Shown piece after piece: positions 1 to 11,425 of a DNA stretch of 64,000 nucleotides. The stretch comes from Octopus sinensis (taxonomy: Eukaryota): contig NC_043013.1 of the NCBI RefSeq assembly GCF_006345805.1, positions 11,904,001-11,968,000 of the forward strand, in the 5' to 3' direction. Within the stretch, counting starts at the first letter, position 1, and every line of letters starts with the position of its first letter. Below the pieces are notes generated by a model. It saw only the letters and a list, made by a program, of their open reading frames with translations, ran no database searches and was not told where the DNA came from. Made by a program: the position numbers and the translations under genes.

Positions 1-365
1 GACTCAGGTTTGCTCTTATTCCAGGCAGGATTTATGTGGGTAGGGGGTTACTACCTGTAAATTCAGGTGTCCAGTAGCTTTCAATACTCTTTCAAGTGCT
101 TAGAACTCTCCTGGTAGTCTTTCCTGTCCCTAAGAGGCAAACATTCTGTACGTGATCTACAAGACATACTATTCAAATCTTCCTTTTCGTGATTCCATTT
201 GGTGCAAGTTTCATTTGTATAGCTTTAATTAAACATTCTATTTTTTCTTTTGCAATTGGTTTGGCTGGGAGTGGCTAGTCAAACTCCTGCTGTTAATAGT
301 CAATGAATGTGGAATGTGTAACATGCCTCACTATTTTAATACTACTAGAATTAGCACAACTGCTG

Positions 366-401
<36 letters not shown>

Positions 402-1287
402 TCACCACTTACTTTTTCTGGCATCTTAAGTCCGTCTTACTGCAATAGCATTGTCTATGGAGTTGATGCCTTCTAGTATACGATGTCCGATAGATAGTAT
501 GGCATTGAGGTAATGCTATTGTATGTTCTCTTCTTCATGTCATCAGTGAATCCAATTGAATTGTTGGGGGTCTTAAAATTTGACACCAGCGTCGCCGCAG
601 AATCTTCGAGAAGGAAGTAGTACACAAAGCCGACACCTGATGTTTTTGTTCGCGTTTTACTACCGAAGCCTTTCGCATTGCTATGTATGGCTACAAGGCA
701 GCAATGGATCAAGAGAATCAAGAGAATCAAGAGAATCAAGAGTTTTCCTTCCCTTTGGTGGGTTGTCACCAGTCGAGGCTAACGAATAACCCATATTTGG
801 GATCCTGACGTGTGCTGTAATTTTGGATCGGGGCCAACATGGGAACGATAGTTGCAAAGAGGTGATTCCACACTCCTCAAAACGTTGGGAAATCTCGAAG
901 AATGGTTCCACTACTGCATGTAGCTTAAAGTCATACTCAGGACACACTACTACTACTACTACTACTACTACTATAATGATAATAATAATGATAATAATCA
1001 CAACAACAACAATAACAACAATAATAATAATAACAATAATAGAAATAGTAGCACTAGTTTTTTTCTATGAGCCACCAACACAGTATATGAGGTTATATAT
1101 TGCCATGAACTGTCAAATATTCTTCACATCATATCGCTATCTTAAACCACATAGAATCAATTAAACGCTTATACACACGTATTGACACGCACACACACAG
1201 AGTTTGTATATAACATAGCAGGCATACACACACATACACACGCAGTTTATACATGACTACACACACACACACGCGCACACACACATG

Positions 1288-1331
<44 letters not shown>

Positions 1332-1866
1332 CAAATTGATACACACATACACATTTGTGTGTGTATGTATGAATATGCATATGCACGACATTCACAGATC
1401 CATATTTGCAGACCTACATTCATCAATAAGTACATACAAACACACACACACACACACGCATACATACATACACACACACACACACATACATACATACATA
1501 CATACATACATACATACATACATACATACATACACACATACATACATACATACATACGCACATACATAGACCGCATATCGGAAAAGATGTACAACTGCAG
1601 CAGAGAAGAGAAGAGCGTAGCGGTCGGGTGGTCGTTTGTCATAATGGCTGACTGTTGCTGTTTGTGTCTTATTTTACTCATGTTTAACCATCTGACTCGT
1701 AATGGCGGGTTTTAATGGCGACACTAATAGCATAACAAATCAAAAATATAACGTGTGGGGGCGGAGATTCGAGCGAATATACGTTCGCGTCTTTACATCA
1801 TACGCTTAAGCACATAAATATATGTTTACATGTATATATATATGTATATGCGTGTGTTAGTATATG

Positions 1867-1935
<69 letters not shown>

Positions 1936-1986
1936 ACTTGGCAAGATGGGGTATGCCTCGTGTATATATCTGTTCCGTCTTGAGCT

Positions 1987-2093
1987 ATTTCTTGCTGAAG
2001 AATCCGAGGGCTTATGGAAGATTGGCTTGATTTAATTTAATCAGGTTAGTATACCATTAAACAGCGGATGAAACGGTATACCGTACAAGAAAT
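1987..2093 (+). ncRNA. Type I hammerhead ribozyme, copy 1 (predicted cleavage after A2085)
   Basis: Stem I ATTTCTTG (1987-1994) pairs with CAAGAAAT (2086-2093). Core CTGAAGA is at 1995-2001. Stem II ATCCG (2002-2006) pairs with CGGAT (2065-2069). GAAA is at 2070-2073. Stem III is the palindrome ACGGTATACCGT (2073-2084). The cleavage triplet is GTA (2083-2085). Confidence 0.9.
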
Positions 2094-2476
2094 TACAGGG
2101 TAAATGTTTTTTTAATTTTCTCCTGTTTACGGAATTAATCTTTATTTGCGGTAGAAGCTTTGGCTGTTATTTCTAGTGGGTGAATGGCCTATTATGGCCG
2201 TTCCTTAATTGTTAATGTTGAACTTAAAAATGGTCTATGACTATTTAATTTTTTCCCGCTGGGCCGCTGGTGGCAATAAAATTCTACAAAATTTTCCTTG
2301 CCACCCTATATTGATTAATTATGAATTTTTTGGTTAATTCCGTAATGGAATCGACGGCTGATATTATTTGCTGCCGATAAATTTGGCGCGAGTGCGACGA
2401 TTTGAAAATTTTAGGTCAGATATTGACTTGGCAAGATGGGGTATGCCTCGTGTATATATCTGTTCCGTCTTGAGCT

Positions 2477-2582
2477 ATTTCTTGCTGAAGAATCCGAGGG
2501 CTTATGGAAGATTGGCTTGATTAATTTAATCAGGTTAGTATACCATTAAACAGCGGATGAAACGGTATACCGTACAAGAAAT
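2477..2582 (+). ncRNA. Type I hammerhead ribozyme, copy 2 (cleavage after A2574)
   Basis: Same core and stems as copy 1; one T missing in the stem II insert. Confidence 0.9.
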
Positions 2583-2966
2583 TACAGGGTAAATGTTTTT
2601 TTAATTTTCTCCTGTTTACGGAATTAATCTTTATTTGCGGTAGAAGCTTTGGCTGTTATTTCTAGTGGGTGAATGGCCTATTATGGCCGTTCCTTAATTG
2701 TTAATGTTGAACTTAAAAATGGTCTATGACTATTTAATTTTTTCCCGCTGGGCCGCTGGTGGCAATAAAATTCTACAAAATTTTCCTTGCCACCCTATAT
2801 TGATTAATTATGAATTTTTTGGTTAATTCCGTAATGGAATCGACGGCTGATATTTATTTGCTGCCGATAAATTTGGCGCGAGTGCGACGATTTGAAAATT
2901 TTAGGTCAGATATTGACTTGGCAAGATGGGGTATGCCTCGTGTATATATCTGTTCCGTCTTGAGCT

Positions 2967-3073
2967 ATTTCTTGCTGAAGAATCCGAGGGCTTATGGAAG
3001 ATTGGCTTGATTTAATTTAATCAGGTTAGTATACCATTAAACAGCGGATGAAACGGTATACCGTACAAGAAAT
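2967..3073 (+). ncRNA. Type I hammerhead ribozyme, copy 3 (cleavage after A3065)
   Basis: Same core and stems as copy 1. Confidence 0.9.
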
Positions 3074-3457
3074 TACAGGGTAAATGTTTTTTTAATTTTC
3101 TCCTGTTTACGGAATTAATCTTTATTTGCGGTAGAAGCTTTGGCTGTTATTTCTAGTGGGTGAATGGCCTATTATGGCCGTTCCTTAATTGTTAATGTTG
3201 AACTTAAAAATGGTCTATGACTATTTAATTTTTTCCCGCTGGGCCGCTGGTGGCAATAAAATTCTACAAAATTTTCCTTGCCACCCTATATTGATTAATT
3301 ATGAATTTTTTGGTTAATTCCGTAATGGAATCGACGGCTGATATTTATTTGCTGCCGATAAATTTGGCGCGAGTGCGACGATTTGAAAATTTTAGGTCAG
3401 ATATTGACTTGGCAAGATGGGGTATGCCTCGTGTATATATCTGTTCCGTCTTGAGCT

Positions 3458-3564
3458 ATTTCTTGCTGAAGAATCCGAGGGCTTATGGAAGATTGGCTTG
3501 ATTTAATTTAATCAGGTTAGTATACCATTAAACAGCGGATGAAACGGTATACCGTACAAGAAAT
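3458..3564 (+). ncRNA. Type I hammerhead ribozyme, copy 4 (cleavage after A3556)
   Basis: Same core and stems as copy 1. Confidence 0.9.
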
Positions 3565-3947
3565 TACAGGGTAAATGTTTTTTTAATTTTCTCCTGTTTA
3601 CGGAATTAATCTTTATTTGCGGTAGAAGCTTTGGCTGTTATTTCTAGTGGGTGAATGGCCTATTATGGCCGTTCCTTAATTGTTAATGTTGAACTTAAAA
3701 ATGGTCTATGACTATTTAATTTTTTCCCGCGGGCCGCTGGTGGCAATAAAATTCTACAAAATTTTCCTTGCCACCCTATATTGATTAATTATGAATTTTT
3801 TGGTTAATTCCGTAATGGAATCGACGGCTGATATTTATTTGCTGCCGATAAATTTGGCGCGAGTGCGACGATTTGAAAATTTTAGGTCAGATATTGACTT
3901 GGCAAGATGGGGTATGCCTCGTGTATATATCTGTTCCGTCTTGAGCT

Positions 3948-4054
3948 ATTTCTTGCTGAAGAATCCGAGGGCTTATGGAAGATTGGCTTGATTTAATTTA
4001 ATCAGGTTAGTATACCATTAAACAGCGGATGAAACGGTATACCGTACAAGAAAT
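3948..4054 (+). ncRNA. Type I hammerhead ribozyme, copy 5 (cleavage after A4046)
   Basis: Same core and stems as copy 1. Confidence 0.9.
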
Positions 4055-4438
4055 TACAGGGTAAATGTTTTTTTAATTTTCTCCTGTTTACGGAATTAAT
4101 CTTTATTTGCGGTAGAAGCTTTGGCTGTTATTTCTAGTGGGTGAATGGCCTATTATGGCCGTTCCTTAATTGTTAATGTTGAACTTAAAAATGGTCTATG
4201 ACTATTTAATTTTTTCCCGCTGGGCCGCTGGTGGCAATAAAATTCTACAAAATTTTCCTTGCCACCCTATATTGATTAATTATGAATTTTTTGGTTAATT
4301 CCGTAATGGAATCGACGGCTGATATTTATTTGCTGCCGATAAATTTGGCGCGAGTGCGACGATTTGAAAATTTTAGGTCAGATATTGACTTGGCAAGATG
4401 GGGTATGCCTCGTGTATATATCTGTTCCGTCTTGAGCT

Positions 4439-4545
4439 ATTTCTTGCTGAAGAATCCGAGGGCTTATGGAAGATTGGCTTGATTTAATTTAATCAGGTTA
4501 GTATACCATTAAACAGCGGATGAAACGGTATACCGTACAAGAAAT
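4439..4545 (+). ncRNA. Type I hammerhead ribozyme, copy 6 (cleavage after A4537)
   Basis: Same core and stems as copy 1. Confidence 0.9.
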
Positions 4546-7114
4546 TACAGGGTAAATGTTTTTTTAATTTTCTCCTGTTTACGGAATTAATCTTTATTTG
4601 CGGTAGAAGCTTTGGCTGTTATTTCTAGTGGGTGAATGGCCTATTATGGCCGTTCCTTAATTGTTAATGTTGAACTTAAAAATGGTCTATGACTATTTAA
4701 TTTTTTCCCGCTGGGCCGCTGGTGGCAATAAAATTCTACAAAATTTTCCTTGCCACCCTATATTGATTAAATATATATATATATATACATATGTATGTAT
4801 GTTATTCTTTGCTTTATTTATGTGAACTGCGTGTATATATATATATATATATATAAATATGAGTACTTGAGAGTGTACGAGTGGTATTTTTAAATTTCAT
4901 TCGTTTTGTATGTGTTTGATAAAATATTTGGTCTCGCAACATATGTACTCTTGTGTAATAATTTTCATTTCTACAGCTCCATCTTAATATATATTATTAT
5001 TTTTCAAATATTTATCGTAAGTAATAAATAATTCCTAATAAGTTCGTTTCGTGCAACTTCGTAAGAAAAATTTTCATAACGCGGACACACGCACGAATGC
5101 ACATGTTCTTCACAGAAACTTACAAATACATAAATTGATGTAAATAGTCTCACACATACTAAGAGATAACTTTGTACATACGTAACCTCATTGAAACAAA
5201 CGTACACTTGATTCTGTATAAAACTCACATGACGAAGATGACAAAGACACAATCACCCGCATGCTGTCAAATAAGACTCCGATAAATATGTGCATAGAGT
5301 CACACACAAAATGCACACGCATGTAATCACACACATACACACAAACACACAAACACACAGATACCGACACGTTCACAAAAGCGGTTATATATACATATAT
5401 ACATATATATGCATGCAGACACAAACACATGCATTCAACATCATACTAACATATAAGACTAGGAAATCTCTAGTGATCCTAGTGTGACACTGAAATTTCA
5501 CAAAGTCATGTACTATCATAACGTCAAATATACATACAGATATATAAACACGCACACGTATGTAAGTATATACGCGCGTACACATACATAGACACATACA
5601 TAAGTCTTTTCTTATGTGACTTTGTTTTTGTTATCTATATTCCTCTGAAGGAGCTTTGTATCTCTGTTAGAAACCCGGTCCTTACTTGATTAAAAATAGA
5701 AGAAAACATTCATATATGATACTGTTGTACATGGAGTAAATATGTTTGAAAGTAGTGGTTTCTTTCGTATGTTTTTTCCCAAACAACACTTATTTTAGTG
5801 CTGTTGGCAACGCTGGATTGAATGGTACTGTCCAGGTGTCGAAACCATAATGATATCCATGGGGCAGCTGATGATGAACTTATGTTGGATTGTTGGTATG
5901 GCTATTTTTGTATATGTGAAATAGTATTATAACACATCCTTTTGATATGTACATAACCACATACATATTTACATATATCTATCTTCTGGAACAAAAGTCG
6001 AAACGTAACTGCGATGTAAAAATAAAATATAAACTTTTCTTACTCTGTACCATCGAATTCTTTCTCCTATATTTTTTCTAATTGAAATTGGAGAACCTTG
6101 AAGAATTCGGGACGTGTATATCTCACTTTAGAATACTAAAAAGGGAAACATATTGCTATGCTGTTAGCTTAGAGATTCTCAAAAGTTTTCGCACTCAAAG
6201 AATTCCCTAGATGGTGAAAAAATTTTCGGAAGCTAACATATATTTGAAATATCATTCTGTTAGCAAAACTTTTGTTAATTTTCTTACCTTAATCCTTTGA
6301 AATAATCAACTTCATAAATTGGGTAGCTGAATCCTAATTACTACTTAGTAATTATGTTACATCCTTTGGAGGCAGAGATAAATTTTGTAAATGGAGATAT
6401 TGCTATCTATTTGATATACCTGTTGATATACCTGTATTTGTATATGATGTTCATAAACTAGCATCTAAATGCTTTGAGTTATTTCTTTTTCATCTTTGTT
6501 TAAATTTTACTGAAAATACGTATTCTTTTTGTTTTCTTTTCTGTCACTGTTCGTGTTGCCTGTTGTATCACCATTCGTTCTGATTGCAAGTAGTATGGTT
6601 TGAACTCGGGGTGCACTGAACTTGAAACTATACGATTAGGCATCTGACTTTTTGCAGTCCTTCCGGATTAGATAAATAAATTACTAATCCATTACACTGG
6701 ATTCAAAGTTGTTTTTGACAGGATTTGAACTTGGAGCGAGGAGTGTCCGAGCAAATAAATATTTTCGATTTTCTTCTTAAAGCATGCAATTTTGAAGTGG
6801 AGGAGGGTTATCTCACACCATCAAACCCAATACTTCACAAGTACTTCACCTATCTAGAGAGAAGAAAGGCAATGATAGGACTTGAACTCAGAATGGCAAG
6901 AATCGGAACAAATTACGCAAATCATCAAGGCTCCTCACCCCAAGCCAGAACGAATAATGCAAGACATTGTATCTGGCCAATTCTTCACTAGTAAGTTAGT
7001 TAACTGAAAGCGCCTGCTTTTGAACACAGAATGTTTTGGTATTAGCATGACCTCTCGATTTCAAAATAGAAAAGAAACAAATGCTTCTTTGGTCCTAATT
7101 GATATATTTAATCA

Positions 7115-8070
7115 AGATAACACTTTCCCTCATTATTGATAACATAATCTCATCTATTAGGCAAATTGTTGATCTCTCGAGCGTAAAATGCTTCAGGTTT
7201 CGAAACAAGAGACTCTCAATATTATTTTTAATATCTTCACAATTAATAAACAATTTCCCTCTCTAAGTAATGTTGCAACGATCTGAAAAATTGATAGTTA
7301 GATGGAGCAAGATCAGGAAATTAAGGGGGATAAGGCAAAAGTTGCATATTTAGTGCCATAATCTTCTCCCGAGTGATTTGGACAAAATGTAATATTGCCT
7401 TGACATGTAAGAGCAACAACAGCCTTTACGACTGACCAATGAAGAGCGATTTTTCGGCAAATTTTTGTTTAGGACAATACTTCGTTTTGATTTAATAATT
7501 CATGATAGACAATACCCTATAAAGGGCATAACTTTTTTCATGTATAGTCCTGGTTTTGAGAAGAATTCCCTTTTTCCCCATTGGGTGCCAAACATTGTCG
7601 TTTAGTTGGGTATCAATACAGAGTACCCACTTTAGATCACTTGTTATGATTCTACACAGGAAAGACGAGCAGAGGGTAACTTTTTCAGCTAAGATGCAGT
7701 CAGGTAAAGAAGTAAACTGCTGACAAAATTCTGACACTTTTCCTATTTCAGGAAGGTGTTTTATCATCGAAGTCTAACTTAAATGGAACGATTTTTTTTT
7801 ATCGTCCAGTAGTTTGCCTTGGTTTTTCCTCAACAATAGATTTCAGAATGCCAATATTGACAGAAATGTGTCGTCCAGACAGATGGGGATCTTCGAGAGA
7901 AACGTTTCCCGGCCTAAACTAACCCAACTGACGCTGGAATTTCTTGAAACTTAAAACTTCATTTCCATAAATGAAACGAATATATTTCTTGCCGCTTCCA
8001 TTGTCAATGAGACCCTTTTGAATTCATACATCATGCAATATCTGATAAGGGTTTGATATAAATTAATTTT
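7115..8070 (-). pseudogene. Degenerate mariner transposase (copy 1)
   Basis: Manual minus-strand translation across stops and frameshifts gives IRYCMMYEF, FLCRIITSDLKWVL (first catalytic D region), KPGLYMKKVM, GIVYHELL, LPYPP*FPDLAPSNYQFFRSLQHYL (YSPDLAP motif) and FYAREINNLPNR*DYVINNEG. TIRs were not identified. Confidence 0.85.
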
Positions 8071-8270
8071 AAAAGGGTAAAACCGATATAAATTTAGCTA
8101 CTATGGTATAATGTAATCTACATGGAAAAAAACCCATTAAAATGTAAAAATACATGTTTATTATACCGTAATTATAGAAATGTTCCCTCAAATTGATCGT
8201 ATCAAAAATACTTTACAAACTAATAATCGGAATCACGAAAGCTGATTGTTAGAGTGAACTTATATATATA

Positions 8271-8503
8271 TTTTTCTTTACTACCCACAAGGGGCTAAAC
8301 ACAGAGAGGACAAACAAGGACAGACAAAGGGATCAAGTCGATTATATCGACCCAGTGCGTAACTGGTACTTATTAAGTCGACCCCGAAAGGATGAAAGGC
8401 AAAGTCGAGCTCGGCGGAATTTGGACTCAGAACGTAGCGGCCGACGAAATACGGCTAAGCATTTCGCCCGGCGTGCTATGGTTTCTGCCATCTCGCCGCC
8501 TTA
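8271..8503 (-). mobile_element. tRNA-derived SINE, family A (GGCGGCGAGCTGGCAGAA head), with target-site duplication
   Basis: tRNA-like head with a degenerate B box. The body is shared with many copies in the window. A 16-bp TSD AGTGAACTTATATATA lies at 8253-8268 and 8504-8519. Confidence 0.85.
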
Positions 8504-8905
8504 AGTGAACTTATATATAGAGTCTCTGTCAAATTTTCGTTTTGTGTTATGGAATACACTAACAATAATTCATTCCCGTGCATATATGGACATGAAAATA
8601 TCGGTAACTCATTTAAAATTCTTGCACTTTTGGTAGTAGTCTTCGTTTATATGGCAATCCAACGTTTGATCAGATCCATTTGCTGGACTGTTTCCATGTC
8701 TTGTTTTCAATGACTTGTTTGTTTAAACTTTCTAACCCCAGTTCTACTCCACAGTAAACGAAATATTGTCTGGTGAACTCGAGAATTAAAATACTTGTCG
8801 AGAGAAAAATAAACAATCTTTGACTTCCTTCATTTTTACTTTTATTTATATATTCTTTCCACATGATGCCACGATTTTTTTCTTTTCCTGAACAGCTCTC
8901 ATTTC

Positions 8906-8944
<39 letters not shown>

Positions 8945-9024
8945 ATACCTATACACACGCACGCACATACACACATACACACACACACATGGTTTCATAC
9001 ATACACATATTCTCATTTATACAG

Positions 9025-9067
9025 AAGTTTTACGACCATCCAAATCTGGCCAGCGAACCGACGTGCT
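9025..9067 (+). CDS. Candidate internal exon (43 nt), unknown protein
   Basis: Acceptor tctcatttatacag and donor CT|gtaaga. Reads xVLRPSKSGQRTDVL and is phase-compatible with the exon at 9274-9410. No homology recognised. Confidence 0.35.
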
Positions 9068-9273
9068 GTAAGAATTCGGAAGACGTAAAACTGTGCGGAA
9101 ATCCATCGTGTATGTACAACCCCCATGTACACACACATTTGCACTTACTTCCACTCGAACGTAGTCACACACACAAAACCACATGTATAAAAAGAGAGAG
9201 CGCGGTAGAAGTGTGTGTGTTTGTGTTTGTGTGCGCGCGCGCGTAACCGACTGTGTGTATTCGTGTCTTTCAG

Positions 9274-9410
9274 ATTTTCTCCACACTCCAGCAACCAATG
9301 TCGGTTTGTTGACGTCCCCTCATATGAGCTCTTCACAGACAGAATAACTACCAGAATTGATAGTGTGCTCCACCATGGCTGCGTGCTAGTAAATGAAACC
9401 TCCTATAAAA
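9274..9410 (+). CDS. Candidate internal exon (137 nt), unknown protein
   Basis: Acceptor ttcgtgtctttcag and donor AA|gtatgt. Open frame FSPHSSNQCRFVDVPSYELFTDRITTRIDSVLHHGCVLVNETSYK in non-repetitive sequence flanked by microsatellites. Confidence 0.45.
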
Positions 9411-9448
9411 GTATGTTGAAGCACACACACATACACTCAAACACAAGC

Positions 9449-9502
<54 letters not shown>

Positions 9503-10654
9503 GCGTAGGCATGGCTTTGCAGTAAGAAGATTGCTTTCCAACCACATGGTTTTCTTTTCGATCCCACTGCATGGTGAGTTCGGCATTGATTGGTTGAAAT
9601 TGCCGAAATACAAAAAATTTTAAAACAAATAGCTTACAAACTACAGAATTTTCTCAATAACGCCAAGAGAAAAAGGTGTTTTATGTGACATATTCTACCA
9701 GTATACCAAGTTTAAAAGTGTTTAGTTACAAAAAAATATTAAAAAAATCTGCTGGTCAAAGTGAAAAGATCCAATTTATTATTATTCGGAGTATTATTTT
9801 TTTAAATGTTAAAATGATTTTTTATTGTAGAAGTAGAAGTTATTTATTGCTCATAAATTTTTTAAAATAGATCTTTTATTGAACCCTAAGAACCATATGG
9901 GCCCCACTTAAGAACCACTTGACTAAACTCTTCAAGGCGGTGCTCGAACATGGCCGCAGTTCAATGACTGAAGCATGCAAAAGATGACAGCGTAGAAAAG
10001 TTATTTATATAAACCTACATAAACTCACACACGTACCTACATACACACGAAATATATATATTCACCGCTTCAATATATATATATATATATATATATACAG
10101 ACACACTTACACGCACACACACAGGTTTCTTTCATTTCCTTCCGTATTGCGTTTGCTTTAAGTTTTCGGCATCAAGCTCAATGAATAAATACTTCCAGCA
10201 AGTCATAAATTATAAACACTTTCACACCTCACATTTTCTTGGCTGTTTTATTGCCCCTACTTTCCTATCATCCTTTACAACACAATCTCAAATGTCGGTT
10301 TAATTTCTATGATCTTACTGCCCCGGCCCTCCGTCCGTAAATTATACCTCACTCCTTTTCTACCCCTCTATTTCTTAGTCTCTCTAGTATTCCCACTTCT
10401 GTCTCTATGCCTTTCTCGCTTTCATTCTCGCCTACAATCTATCTCCCACCTCTCTGTTTAACTCTTTCTCTGCCCCTCTTTTTTTGACTCTTTCTTTGCC
10501 CCTTTCTTATCTCTCTCTCTCTCTCTCTCTCTCTCAGTAAACGTTTCCTATTTTAGTCTCGCTCTTTATATGTGGATGTGCGTGTGTGCGTGTGCGTGTG
10601 TGTATGTGCAAGCATGTTGCGTTTGCGTGTGCGTGCGTTCGTGTATTCTTTTAT

Positions 10655-11085
10655 TCTTTTACTTGTTTCAGTCATTTGACTATGGCCATGCTGGAGCACC
10701 GCCTGAAAGGGCTTTTAGTCGAAGAAATGGACCCCAGTGTTTATTCTTTGTAAGCCTAGTACTTATTCTATCGGTGTCTTTTGCCGAACCTCTAAGTTAC
10801 GGGGTCGTAAACACACCAGATTACTTCTCAAGCGATGATGGGGCACAAACATAGACGAAAAGACACACACACATAATTAGACACAGGCGTGCTCGCACTT
10901 ACACACACATACACACATATATATACATATACGATGTATATACGACGGGCTTCTTACAGTTTCCGTCTACGAATTTCCACTCACAAGACGTTTGTCAGCC
11001 CGAGGCTATCGTAAAAGACGCTTGCTCTACACGTACAATATATATAGATATATAAAAACGTAAATATATACATATATACATACAT

Positions 11086-11146
<61 letters not shown>

Positions 11147-11216
11147 TTACTTGTAATCACACCAGCATCGGTTGTCAAACGATGCTGGAGGGACAAAGAC
11201 AGACACACAAACATAT

Positions 11217-11247
<31 letters not shown>

Positions 11248-11425
11248 CATATATACGACGGACTTCTTTCCGTTTCCGTCTACTAAATCCACTCACAAGG
11301 CTTTGGTCGGCCCGAGGCTTTAGTAGAAGACAACTTGCCCAAGAGGCCATGTAGTGGGACTGAACCCGGAACCATGTGGTTGGTAAGCAAGCTACTTACG
11401 ACAAAGCCACTCCTACAGCCTATAT
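10655..11425 (-). mobile_element. Cluster of family B SINE pieces (GGCGYAGGAGTGGCTGTG head, internal microsatellite)
   Basis: Matches the other family B copies (CCTTGGGCAAGTGTCTT core and GGCGGTGCTCCAGCATGGCC tail) in reverse complement. Confidence 0.75.

Larger units (their letters stand above)
1931..4770 (+). mobile_element. Tandem array (~5.8 copies) of a 491-bp hammerhead-containing unit; putative non-LTR retrozyme
   Basis: Unit start TATTGACTTGGCAAG recurs at 1931, 2421, 2911, 3402, 3892 and 4383. The copies differ only by single-base deletions as far as I can see. Each contains a type I hammerhead. (TA)n flanks both sides. Confidence 0.88.

Noticed and set aside
1931-4770. Second (antisense) ribozyme in the 491-bp unit; CRISPR-like or NUMT interpretation
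   Set aside because: No CTGANGA..GAAA on the minus strand (the closest is CTGATTA). There are no unique spacers and no mitochondrial gene similarity that I can recognise.
5835-5900. GAAAC followed by CTGATGA (possible type II hammerhead)
   Set aside because: No consistent stems I, II or III.
6725-6991. 88-aa ORF with ordinary composition
   Set aside because: It has a TTG start, contains SINE B-box-like fragments, and has no recognisable homology.
7380-7480. FIGQS*R looked like a Penelope GIY-YIG motif
   Set aside because: Other frames give clear mariner motifs across the same interval.
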